Virus record (IMG/VR): IMGVR_UViG_3300046786_000014
Span: 1-34,735 of that record
Source of the DNA: a virus
Taxonomy: Duplodnaviria > Caudoviricetes
Length of the DNA stretch: 34,735 bases
Reading direction: 5' to 3' (one strand)
The notes beneath the pieces are model-generated. The model did no database searches. It was not told where the DNA came from and worked only from the letters and a program-made list of their open reading frames with translations. Of this stretch, positions 24,486 to 33,252 are shown piece by piece (positions within the stretch are counted from its first letter, which is position 1; each line of letters opens with the position of its first letter). A program made the position numbers and the translations under genes.

Positions 24486-24519
24486 GTGCGAAAATGTAGC
24501 AAACTCCATGAGGACAACC

Positions 24520-24975
24520 ATGTCTGGATTACTTGCGCCACAGGCTGCTATTACTATTGAAATTGCCCAACAAGAGAGCGAAGGCATGATTTCCGCAGAG
24601 GAAAATGCTAAAACTCGCACATTCCTGATTGAAAACTGGAATCTTGGCCCTGATAAAACTAATCAGCCAAACATGGATTACTGGCGCACCTTGTCTAAGG
24701 TATGGCGCATTGCTCCAGAACAAGCAAAGCGTAATCTGTGTGCTAACTGCGAGTATTTCAACGATAGCCCTGATATGCTGGCTAAGATGGAATCAATCCC
24801 TGAAGACCGATTCGATGCCGATGGTGGTGGTCGAGGCTGGTGTTCTAAGTGGGACTTTATTTGCCATCATTTGCGTACTTGCCGAGCATGGGAAAAAGGT
24901 TGCCAACCAGAGGCCGAAGAAGAAGGCTATGAAAATGGCGCAGATACGATGGAGGAAGAAAATGGGAACGACTAA
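24520..24975 (+). CDS. Cys-motif protein (HiPIP-like ligand spacing)
   Basis: Start ATG 24520 (GAGGA RBS); CANCEYF...GWC..WDF.C....TC.AW. Confidence 0.6.
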   Translation: MSGLLAPQAAITIEIAQQESEGMISAEENAKTRTFLIENWNLGPDKTNQPNMDYWRTLSKVWRIAPEQAKRNLCANCEYFNDSPDMLAKMESIPEDRFDADGGGRGWCSKWDFICHHLRTCRAWEKGCQPEAEEEGYENGADTMEEENGND

Positions 24976-25093
24976 CCAAAAAATGATTACTCCTAAGATG
25001 GCTGAGAAAGCCAAAAAGGAAGCTGAGAAGAAAGCCAAGTCTAACGGCTGGCAAAGCATGGCTTATAAGTTCTCTAAGCCTAGCAAGAAATGA
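24962..25093 (+). CDS. 43-aa Lys-rich protein
   Basis: ATG 24962 with GGAGG RBS; MGTTNQKMITPKMAEKAKK... Confidence 0.6.
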   Translation: MGTTNQKMITPKMAEKAKKEAEKKAKSNGWQSMAYKFSKPSKK

Positions 25094-25341
25094 TTAAACG
25101 AGGCACAGAACAGTTTTCTGGCTATAACCAGCCTAAGAGAACTCCTGACCACAAAACTAAGTCTCACGCTGTTTTAGCAAAGAGTGGAGATGAGGTTAAG
25201 CTAATTCGCTTTGGTCAACAAGGCGTAAAAGGCTCACCTGATGGCACGAAGCGTAACGAAGCGTTCAAGGCTCGTCACGCAGAGAATATTGCCAAGGGTA
25301 AGATGAGTGCTGCTTGGTGGGCGGATAAAGTTAAGTGGTAA
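25090..25341 (+). CDS. Conserved basic phage protein
   Basis: KSHAVLAK.G..VKLIRFGQQG...FKARH......KMSAAWWA.KVKW motif. Confidence 0.75.
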   Translation: MIKRGTEQFSGYNQPKRTPDHKTKSHAVLAKSGDEVKLIRFGQQGVKGSPDGTKRNEAFKARHAENIAKGKMSAAWWADKVKW

Positions 25342-25354
25342 CATAACCAAATGG

Positions 25355-25381
25355 TGATATAATCTCTAAAACGGAGGTCAT
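25355..25381 (+). promoter_or_regulatory. Extended -10 promoter and RBS of HNH insert
   Basis: TG-a-TATAAT 25355..25363; GGAGG RBS. Confidence 0.55.
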
Positions 25382-25849
25382 ATGCCAAATGGAAATTTAA
25401 GTGATATTGTGATTTGCCCAAGTTGCAATGAGCCAAGGGCAGTTAGGCGTGATGTTATTGCTAGAGTCACAAAAGCTGAAAAGCCTTTAATTTGCAAACC
25501 TTGTCATAACAAAGCAAGATTTGATGATAAAGACCATCCTAGAAAAGGAACTGGTGTTAAAAACAACAAAGAATTGTTTTATACAAGGGTTAGTTTTTAT
25601 CAAGCAAAAAAAAGATGCAAGATGGGTGTAAAACATCATCCATGTTATGAGAATGTAGAGTTCAAATTTCAGTCGTTACAGGAATTGGTAGATTGCATAG
25701 GAATTAGACCAAGAGGAATGACGCTAGACAGAATTGATACTCTTGGACACTATGAGCCAAATAATGTAAGATGGGCAACAGTTTTGCAACAGGCTCAAAA
25801 TAGGATGCCTAGAAATTACTGGAAACAACTGGAGAATTTAAATGAGTAA
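25382..25849 (+). CDS. HNH endonuclease with N-terminal Zn finger
   Basis: CxxC pairs; K.RC, RP.G.TLDRID..GHYEPNNVRWAT..QQ..N. Confidence 0.85.
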   Translation: MPNGNLSDIVICPSCNEPRAVRRDVIARVTKAEKPLICKPCHNKARFDDKDHPRKGTGVKNNKELFYTRVSFYQAKKRCKMGVKHHPCYENVEFKFQSLQELVDCIGIRPRGMTLDRIDTLGHYEPNNVRWATVLQQAQNRMPRNYWKQLENLNE

Positions 25850-26156
25850 ACTTGCTCGTGACGACAATGGTCAACTGACACAAATTTATACACTTGGCAC
25901 AACCCAAGTTATGACTGTTACTGCTTCTAGCGTTCAGTCTAGTGCTATTGATGCTGATTGCACAATCATTCGATTGGCGGTAGGTAGCACAGCACATTGT
26001 CATTTCCAGATTGGCTCAAACCCAACTGCTTCATTGACTACAAGTCCAATGGCCCCTGCAAATTCTATTCAATACCTAAAAGTAACTGGTGGCGATAAGG
26101 TTGCTGTTATCCGTGGTGCTACTGCTGTTGATATTTCAATTTCACAGGTGCTGTAA
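25842..26156 (+). CDS. Hypothetical beta-rich protein (possible virion decoration)
   Basis: 104 aa, GGAG RBS; G.NPTA, G.KVAVI motifs. Confidence 0.65.
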   Translation: MSKLARDDNGQLTQIYTLGTTQVMTVTASSVQSSAIDADCTIIRLAVGSTAHCHFQIGSNPTASLTTSPMAPANSIQYLKVTGGDKVAVIRGATAVDISISQVL

Positions 26157-26329
26157 TGAAAACTCCTAAGATGAACAAAGTTGGCAAGGCTAAAGTAGCT
26201 ACTGTCATGCACGAATTTGGTAAGGGTGAACTTCACTCTGGCAAAGGTGGCAAGGTTGTTAAAAATCCTAAACAGGCAGTAGCCATTGCTATTAGCGAAG
26301 CTGCTCGTAAGATGGGCAGAATGAAATAA
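26156..26329 (+). CDS. DUF6496-like basic protein (57 aa)
   Basis: Not in ORF track. KVATVMHEFGKGELHSGKGGKVVKNPKQAVAIAISEA; TAATG coupling both sides. Confidence 0.8.
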   Translation: MKTPKMNKVGKAKVATVMHEFGKGELHSGKGGKVVKNPKQAVAIAISEAARKMGRMK

Positions 26330-27369
26330 TGCCAAGCCTACTCGATAGCGCATTAGGATGGATGCAAGACCCAAACCGAACTCAGCAATTGCAGGGTGTA
26401 GGTAGGGTTATCCAACAGGGTCTGCTTAACATTGAGCAGTCTGATAAGCGTTATCAAGACTTGTATGAAAAAGCATTTGCTGACCCTCGTAATCCTGCAA
26501 AAGTAACTGACAAACAAGCATTATCTCAATTGACAGAGATGACGCAGGGATTATTAGGTTTTGCTCCAGTAGGGATGCTTGCACCTAAAAAATTTGTTGG
26601 TAAAGCATTAGAAGGTTTACCAAGCAAAGTAGATGTTGGTGGTCGAATTGAAGAATTTGGTACAGACCAACGATTAGTTGATATTGCTAAAGATATAACT
26701 GAGAAAAAAGGCTTAGTTTATAGCCCTCAGTTAAAGTATGCAGAGGTTGACCCTGCTAGGGCAAAGCGATTAGCTGATGCCTATGACAAGATGGAAAACA
26801 ATCCAAGCAATAAGGCTGTTAAAAAGTCTTATGATGCTATGATTGAAGAAACAATGGAGCAATACGAAACTCTTAGAAAAAAAGGCTATACATTTAGTTT
26901 TATGCCTGAGAGTGGTGATATTTATGGCAATCCAAGAAATGCAATTAACGATATTGTGCAAAATCAGCGATTGTCAGTTTTCCCAACTGAACAAGGATTC
27001 GGTGGCCCATCAGCAGCAGTAGCAAGCGAAGCAAATCCATTGCTAATGCGTATTGGTGAAAAATGGGATGGTAAAGAAGTAACTGCTAATGATGTATTTC
27101 GTGCTGTCCATGATGTTTTTGGTCATGCTAAACATGGTGTTGGATTTCGTGCGGGCGGTGAAGAAAATGCTTTCCAAGCTCATGCAAGGATGTATTCACC
27201 AGAGGCTTTACCCGCTGTAACTTCAGAAACTCGTGGTCAGAACTCATGGGTAAACTATGGCCCATTTGGTGAATTCAATAGAAAAGCCTCACCTGCTGAA
27301 ACTGAATATGCAGAACAAAAGACTGGAATCATGCCAGCATGGACATACATTGAAGGTTTGCTTAAATGA
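26329..27369 (+). CDS. Two-part protein: helical N-terminal leader plus putative metal-dependent enzyme domain
   Basis: FRAVHDVFGH....GF...GEENA...H...Y......A.TSETRGQNSWVN motif after GLLGFAPVGM linker. Confidence 0.65.
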   Translation: MPSLLDSALGWMQDPNRTQQLQGVGRVIQQGLLNIEQSDKRYQDLYEKAFADPRNPAKVTDKQALSQLTEMTQGLLGFAPVGMLAPKKFVGKALEGLPSKVDVGGRIEEFGTDQRLVDIAKDITEKKGLVYSPQLKYAEVDPARAKRLADAYDKMENNPSNKAVKKSYDAMIEETMEQYETLRKKGYTFSFMPESGDIYGNPRNAINDIVQNQRLSVFPTEQGFGGPSAAVASEANPLLMRIGEKWDGKEVTANDVFRAVHDVFGHAKHGVGFRAGGEENAFQAHARMYSPEALPAVTSETRGQNSWVNYGPFGEFNRKASPAETEYAEQKTGIMPAWTYIEGLLK

Positions 27370-27722
27370 TAGAGCAGTTGTTTATTGCCATAACAGAATT
27401 AGTGGCAATATGGTTACTTCAAGACAAAAGAGAAAGTCACAGAAAGTTTGCACCGATATTTGGTTTGCTTGGGCAGCCATTTTGGTTCTACTCATCTTAC
27501 ATAGCAGACCAATGGGGCGCATTTATTCTTTGCTTCTTTTTTACAGCAGCATGGATTAAAGGTCTAAAAGACTATTGGTTTACAAAAAGAGAGCAAGCAC
27601 TAACAAGTGAGCAATACCTTGAGTTAATTACCGATGCTGTCGAAAAAGTAGAAAAAGATAGTAAACTTGACCAGAAAGATTACATCAAGAGAGTTTTAAA
27701 AGAAGCCCTTGGTATTCGTTAA
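27366..27722 (+). CDS. Three-TM membrane protein
   Basis: FGLLGQPFW...QWG motif reminiscent of half-PnuC-like phage proteins; ATGA coupling to upstream gene. Confidence 0.6.
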   Translation: MIEQLFIAITELVAIWLLQDKRESHRKFAPIFGLLGQPFWFYSSYIADQWGAFILCFFFTAAWIKGLKDYWFTKREQALTSEQYLELITDAVEKVEKDSKLDQKDYIKRVLKEALGIR

Positions 27723-27753
27723 TTAACCTTGACCAACCCTAGAGGAGTCAAAC

Positions 27754-27990
27754 ATGGCTGGAAGACCAATGAACAAGCTACATCAAGAGGATGTGCGCAA
27801 AAAAATTCAAGTAAGTCAATTACTAAATGTTTTGCAAAATCATGCACTTGGTAGAAGTGAAGAATTAAGTCCTACAAGGATGAAGGCAATTGAAATCTTA
27901 TTGCGTAAATCCATGCCTGATATGGCATCTGTAACAATAAGTGGCAACTCAGACCAACCACTTCAGCACGTTGTTACATGGGCGAAGTAA
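27754..27990 (+). CDS. terS: Terminase small subunit (putative)
   Basis: R.KIQ.SQL.N.L..HA......T..KA..ILL.K..PD motif; directly upstream of TerL. Confidence 0.65.
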   Translation: MAGRPMNKLHQEDVRKKIQVSQLLNVLQNHALGRSEELSPTRMKAIEILLRKSMPDMASVTISGNSDQPLQHVVTWAK

Positions 27991-29240
27991 TCGAGATTCC
28001 TTATAAACCTAGAGAACAACAGCTTGCTATCCATGAACTTATGGACAGTAAGCGTTTTGGTGTTGTTGTTGCTCATAGGCGCATGGGTAAGACTGTCTCT
28101 GCGATTAACCATCTAATCAAGGACGCTATCCTCAACCAAAAGGAAGCCCCTAGATACGCCTATATAGCCCCTACATACGGACAAGCTAAGCGGGTGGCAT
28201 GGGACTATCTTGTTAAGTATGCAGAGCCACTAGGAGGAAGTAGCAATATCTCTGAGTTGCGAGTTGACTTCTGGGGTAGGCGTATTCAACTATATGGCTC
28301 AGACAATCCAGAAGCCTTGCGTGGTCAGTATTTCGATGGGGTAATCCTAGACGAGATTGGTGACCAGAATCCTAAGATTTGGACAGATATTGTCAGACCT
28401 GCTCTAGCCGACAGAAAAGGCTGGTGTATGTTCATTGGTACACCAAAAGGTCATAACCACTTCAAAGAACTGCGAGACAGGGCAGAAACTGAGGATGGGT
28501 GGGGTTTGCTAGAGTTCAAAGCCTCTGAAACAGGGGTTGTGGATGAGGTAGAACTCAAGGCTGCTCGTAATGAGATGGGTGAGGATAAGTACAGACAAGA
28601 ATTTGAATGTAGCTTTGACGCTGCTGTAGAAGGCTCTTACTATGGGCAAATCCTCAATGAATTAGAAGACAAGAAGCATATGCAGGAGATTCCCAGAGAG
28701 GAACTTAGCAGAACTTTTACTGCTTGGGACTTGGGTATGGGTGACTCGACTTCTATTTGGGTGGCTCAGTTGGTAGGCTCTGAAGTACGTCTGATTGACT
28801 ATTACGAGAATCATGGCGTAGGACTAGACCACTATGTAAAGTGGATTCGAGATAACGACTATGAGAAAGCAGAGCATATTCTTCCACATGATGTACGAGT
28901 AAGAGAGTTAGGTTCTGGAAAGAGCCGACTTGAGATGCTTGAGGAAGCAGGACTAGAGATAAAGATAGCCCCAAGAATGGGTCTAGATGATGGTATTCAG
29001 GCAGTAAGGCGACTATTGCCAAGGTGCTGGTTCAATGTGCCTAAAGTCCAGATAGGACTGAACTGCCTAAGAAACTATCGCAGAGATTACGATGAGAAGC
29101 GTAAGATTTTCTATGAGCGTCCATTGCATGATTGGTCATCGCATGGCTCGGACTCATTCCGTTACTTAGCCCTTGGATTGGATGAAGGTAATTCAACATG
29201 GTCTAAGCCTATTAACCAAGCACCGAAATGGATTGTCTAA
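27978..29240 (+). CDS. terL: Terminase large subunit
   Basis: Walker A HRRMGKT, LRG, Walker B VILDE, GTPKG, nuclease WDLG..D and HDWSSH..DSFRY. Confidence 0.95.
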   Translation: MGEVIEIPYKPREQQLAIHELMDSKRFGVVVAHRRMGKTVSAINHLIKDAILNQKEAPRYAYIAPTYGQAKRVAWDYLVKYAEPLGGSSNISELRVDFWGRRIQLYGSDNPEALRGQYFDGVILDEIGDQNPKIWTDIVRPALADRKGWCMFIGTPKGHNHFKELRDRAETEDGWGLLEFKASETGVVDEVELKAARNEMGEDKYRQEFECSFDAAVEGSYYGQILNELEDKKHMQEIPREELSRTFTAWDLGMGDSTSIWVAQLVGSEVRLIDYYENHGVGLDHYVKWIRDNDYEKAEHILPHDVRVRELGSGKSRLEMLEEAGLEIKIAPRMGLDDGIQAVRRLLPRCWFNVPKVQIGLNCLRNYRRDYDEKRKIFYERPLHDWSSHGSDSFRYLALGLDEGNSTWSKPINQAPKWIV

Positions 29241-29413
29241 TGTTTATGGAACGTCAAGGGGTAAATCTAGCCCCAATAGTAAAAGAACTTGAAAAGCGTA
29301 TAGAAGTATTGGAAAATGTGGTAAAAGCATTACAATTGGACAAACCCCGAATGGGTCGCCCTCCAAAGGACAAAAATGGAACAGAACGACTTGAAATCAA
29401 TCCTCCAAGCTGA
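29240..29413 (+). CDS. Small hypothetical protein with coil and AT-hook-like GRPPK
   Basis: TAATG coupling at 29240; ELEKRIEVLE; RMGRPPK. Confidence 0.55.
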   Translation: MFMERQGVNLAPIVKELEKRIEVLENVVKALQLDKPRMGRPPKDKNGTERLEINPPS

Positions 29414-31508
29414 GATTGATGATGCTATTGGCTACATAGAAACAGAAACTGTTGACCAGCGCAAACAGGCTTTACAGGCTTATTTGCGTCAGCCATATGG
29501 CAATGAGGTAGAGGGCAAGTCACAAATCGTTACAGGTGAAGTTGCAGAAGCCATTGATGGTGCGCTGCCTAGCCTAGTCCGTATCTTTACAGGCTCAGAC
29601 CAAATCGTAGTTTTTGAGCCTCAAGGCCCACAGGATGAAGCGTCCGCTAAACAAGCGACAGACTACTGTAATTGGGTTTTCCATCGTGACAATGAAGGCG
29701 TAGCTATCCTCCATGATTGGTTTAAGGATGCCTTGCTACAAAAGAACGGCATCGTTAAGGCTTTCTGGGAAGATAAAGAAGACATTACAAAAGAGCGTTA
29801 CTTTGACTTGTCTAATGACGAGTTGGCAATGCTGATGAGTGATGAGAGCATGGAAATTGTCGAGCAAGATACGACAGACTTTCCAATCTTTGACCCTAAT
29901 GGACAGCCAGTCATTGACCAGATGGGTCAGCCAGTTATGGGTTCTACACACAATGTCGTAGTCCAGAAGAAAAAGAAATCAGGAAAAGTTCGCATTGAGA
30001 ACGTGCCTCCAGAGGAATTCTTGATTAGCAAGAAGGCTCGCACTATTGCCGATTCTCCATTCGTTGCACATCGTCAGATGTTGACTCGTAGCACATTGAT
30101 TGCTATGGGCTTTAACAAGGAACAGGTAGAAGGTTTGCAGATGGATGATGCTTTGGCATATACGCCAGAGCGAGTTGCTCGTTTCTCTGCTGGTGAGCAA
30201 CCTTACCAAGTACAGACTGATGACCCATCGATGCAAGAGATTGAGGTCTTTGAGTGCTATATCAAAACTGATATAGATGGCAAAGGCATTGCTACTCTGA
30301 CGCAGGTTTTCTACGCAAGTAACGAGATTCTGCAAGACGAAAAAGGCAAAGAGATGATTGAGGAAGTGGACTATGTTCCTTTCCACTCTATCTGCCCTAT
30401 TCCAATCCCACACAAGTTCTTTGGTAACTCTCTTGCTGACCGAACAACAGACATTCAGTTAATTAAGACTACTATCACTCGTCAGATGTTGGATAACTTG
30501 TATCTGACAAATAATGCACGAGTGGTAGCAGTTGAAGGGCAGGTGAATCTTGACGACTTGCTTACATCTACTGCTGGTGGTGTTATTCGTGCTAAGTCTC
30601 CGAACGCTGTTCAACAACTTGTAGTTCAGAACGTAGCTGCACAGGCTTTCCCAATGTTGCAATACTTGGATAGTGTTCAGTCCAAGCGTACAGGCGTATC
30701 TGATGCTTCACAGGGCTTAGACCCATCTATATTGCAGAATGTGACAGCAGCAGCCGTAGCCTCGATGCAACAAGCTGGCGCAGGTAAGATTGAATTGATG
30801 GCTCGCATCTTTGCTGAGACTGGTGTTAAGTCTCTGTTCAAGGGCATCTTGCATCTGTTGTGCAAGTATCAAGACAAGCCTCGTTTGGTGCGTATGCGTG
30901 GAGAATTTGTAGAGTTTGACCCTCGTACATGGGCTAACCAATACGATGTTGCTATTAACGTAGGCTTGGGTGCTGGTAATCGTCAAGAGCAGATGGCTAT
31001 GCTGTCTATGATTGTTGCCAAGCAAGAGCAGTTGATTGGTCAGTATGGCCCTGCTAATCCATATGTTTCACCTGCTCAATATCGCAACACATTGGGACGC
31101 ATGGTTGAGACTGCTGGCTTCAAGGATTCTGCTGAGTTCTACAAGGCGATTACACCAGAGCAAGACCAAGCAATGAGTAATCCTCCTCCACAACAGCAAC
31201 AGATGCCTCCAGAAGTTCAGGCATTGATGGCTAAGACACAAGCTGAGATTCAAGCTAACCAAGCCAAGGCTCAAGCTGATATGCAATTGCAACAACAGCA
31301 GATGCAGATTGACTCACAGATGGCTCAACAGAAAGCTGGTCTTGAAATGCAATTGTTGCGTGAGAAAGAGGCTGCTAAGTTGCAATTAGAGCGTGAGAAA
31401 CAACAAGCGTATTTTGCTATGAAGCAACAAGAGTTTGAAGCTGAAGCACAGTTGAAAGCAATGAAAATCGGTGCTGGCATTACATCTAACGTAGAGATTA
31501 AGGGCTAA
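29376..31508 (+). CDS. Portal protein (P22-like, with C-terminal helical barrel)
   Basis: 710 aa after TerL; GNEVEGKSQ, DALLQKNG.VK, VPPEEF, H.FFG.S; long Gln-rich C-terminal coil. Confidence 0.9.
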   Translation: MEQNDLKSILQAEIDDAIGYIETETVDQRKQALQAYLRQPYGNEVEGKSQIVTGEVAEAIDGALPSLVRIFTGSDQIVVFEPQGPQDEASAKQATDYCNWVFHRDNEGVAILHDWFKDALLQKNGIVKAFWEDKEDITKERYFDLSNDELAMLMSDESMEIVEQDTTDFPIFDPNGQPVIDQMGQPVMGSTHNVVVQKKKKSGKVRIENVPPEEFLISKKARTIADSPFVAHRQMLTRSTLIAMGFNKEQVEGLQMDDALAYTPERVARFSAGEQPYQVQTDDPSMQEIEVFECYIKTDIDGKGIATLTQVFYASNEILQDEKGKEMIEEVDYVPFHSICPIPIPHKFFGNSLADRTTDIQLIKTTITRQMLDNLYLTNNARVVAVEGQVNLDDLLTSTAGGVIRAKSPNAVQQLVVQNVAAQAFPMLQYLDSVQSKRTGVSDASQGLDPSILQNVTAAAVASMQQAGAGKIELMARIFAETGVKSLFKGILHLLCKYQDKPRLVRMRGEFVEFDPRTWANQYDVAINVGLGAGNRQEQMAMLSMIVAKQEQLIGQYGPANPYVSPAQYRNTLGRMVETAGFKDSAEFYKAITPEQDQAMSNPPPQQQQMPPEVQALMAKTQAEIQANQAKAQADMQLQQQQMQIDSQMAQQKAGLEMQLLREKEAAKLQLEREKQQAYFAMKQQEFEAEAQLKAMKIGAGITSNVEIKG

Positions 31509-31510
31509 TC

Positions 31511-32992
31511 ATGGCTGCAACTAATGAAGAAATCTTGGGTTGGTTGCAAGCCAATCCCAATGTATCTGATGCGGAAATTGCAAAGGCGATGAAAGTTGCT
31601 GGTGTAAGCCCTGCACAATTGGCTAAAGTAGTTGGAGTGTCAGAGGGTGAAGTTGCTGCTCGTGTAGCTGCGACATTGCCTCCTAATCAAGCTGTTTTGT
31701 TGGGTGATACTTATGTTCAAGCAGTTAATCAAACGATAGGCTCTGGACAAGACCAGCAAGCTGGTGGATTGCAAAATGTAATTACATACAAAGCAGATGA
31801 AAACAAAGTTGGTGGTGGCTATAACCAATATACGCCAACAGGAGAATTAGAACGTAAAGGAACTCAGCAAGAAGTTAATGCGACAAAAGACCTGATGGAC
31901 TTTGCTTTAACGGCTGGTACATTGTTTGGTCTTCCATCTGGCATTGGTAATGCGCTTGGATTAACTGGCGCAGCAGGTCAAGCCGTAGGTCAAGGATTGC
32001 TTACTACTGGAACTAAACTAGGTGGTGGTGAAAATCTTGGTGATGCACTCAAAGCTGGCTTAATTGGTGGAGGTCTTGTTTATGGTGGCTCACAATTGGG
32101 CGACTTGATTAACAAATCAACTTATGATTCGATTGCTGCTGCCGATACTGCTGGTGGGTTAACTCCTAAGTTTGGTACAACTTACGATGAGTTCATGGTT
32201 AACTTGATGGAAAGCCCAGAGGCTCAACAAGCACTACAAGATATTATCAATGGTAAGACTTCTATCCCCAATATAGATGTTTCTACTCCAGATGTTACAG
32301 ATAATGTTCAAATCACAGGTGCTAGACCTACGAGTGTAAATATTGGTGATGTGTTTGCAACGACACCAACTCTTACAGTAACTGGTAAAGCAACAACACC
32401 AACTACTCAGCAAGACGTAATCAATGCAATTGCTACAACTCCAGAAGTAAAAATTACTGGAGACAGACCAAAAACTACAACTATTGGCGACACTTTGGCG
32501 GCAATTACAACATTGCCCTCAACAACTCCAACTGTAACAACAACAACTACTACGCCAACAACAAAAGACACAACACTAACAACATCTGACATTATTAAGT
32601 TGATAGGTATTGTTCCTGCATTGGCTGCTGTAAATAAAGCAGTTACGCCATCTGCTCCAACAACTCCAAGTTATCCAGTAGTGGATGTGCCAAGTGATTG
32701 GGCTAATCCTCCTGCGCCTAGTGTTGCTCCATACAAGGCTTTGACACCGCTTAATTTTGGCAATCGTAATTTGTTGATTGGCACACAATGGGAAAAGTTC
32801 CTTGACCCTAACTATGGGAAAGTTCCTGAGCCTGTGCAATACTCACAGCCATCAAGCCTGAGTTACAACGATTTAATGGGTATTTTGGGTAGTAAACAAG
32901 GTATGCCGTCTGCTAGCAGTTTGAGCATTAACGATATTATTTCTGGAATACAAAACCAATATGGACAAGCACCTGCTCGCACAATGGGCTAA
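31511..32992 (+). CDS. Head-operon protein with helical N-domain, Gly-rich hydrophobic segment and Thr-rich repeats
   Basis: 493 aa between portal and scaffold; composition suggests an internal/ejected virion protein. Confidence 0.65.
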   Translation: MAATNEEILGWLQANPNVSDAEIAKAMKVAGVSPAQLAKVVGVSEGEVAARVAATLPPNQAVLLGDTYVQAVNQTIGSGQDQQAGGLQNVITYKADENKVGGGYNQYTPTGELERKGTQQEVNATKDLMDFALTAGTLFGLPSGIGNALGLTGAAGQAVGQGLLTTGTKLGGGENLGDALKAGLIGGGLVYGGSQLGDLINKSTYDSIAAADTAGGLTPKFGTTYDEFMVNLMESPEAQQALQDIINGKTSIPNIDVSTPDVTDNVQITGARPTSVNIGDVFATTPTLTVTGKATTPTTQQDVINAIATTPEVKITGDRPKTTTIGDTLAAITTLPSTTPTVTTTTTTPTTKDTTLTTSDIIKLIGIVPALAAVNKAVTPSAPTTPSYPVVDVPSDWANPPAPSVAPYKALTPLNFGNRNLLIGTQWEKFLDPNYGKVPEPVQYSQPSSLSYNDLMGILGSKQGMPSASSLSINDIISGIQNQYGQAPARTMG

Positions 32993-33200
32993 AAACTTAC
33001 TCAATGATGACTTTTTCAAAGAAGTCATAGATAATTTGAAAAAAGAGCAGATTAGTGTAATAATTAACACAAGTGCAGAAGAATCTGATAGGCGTGAGAA
33101 CGCTTATAGACATATTAAGTCTATTGAATTGATTACAGGACACCTAGAAGGCTTGGCCTCGGAAACTGTAATTAAAGAGAAGAAATGGAAGATTCTGTAA
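32961..33200 (+). CDS. Small conserved head-assembly-region protein
   Basis: A..LL.D.FF.......RE.AY motif typical of ORFs between portal and scaffold. Confidence 0.7.
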   Translation: MDKHLLAQWAKNLLNDDFFKEVIDNLKKEQISVIINTSAEESDRRENAYRHIKSIELITGHLEGLASETVIKEKKWKIL

Positions 33201-33234
33201 GGGAAACCTTACCCTCCGTCCAGAAGGATTCTGG
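33197..33234 (+). promoter_or_regulatory. Twin hairpins upstream of scaffold gene
   Basis: GTAAGG-GAAA-CCTTAC and CCAGAA-GGA-TTCTGG. Confidence 0.5.
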
Positions 33235-33252
33235 TGATTATTGAGATGACAA

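Noticed and set aside
24629-24961. 154-aa ORF 24629..25093 as a full gene
   Set aside because: Overlaps the Cys-motif gene in another frame; only the 3' 43 codons from ATG 24962 have an SD.
31189-31440. CAA/CAG-rich repeat as a separate element
   Set aside because: Simply encodes the Gln-rich coiled-coil barrel of a P22-like portal.
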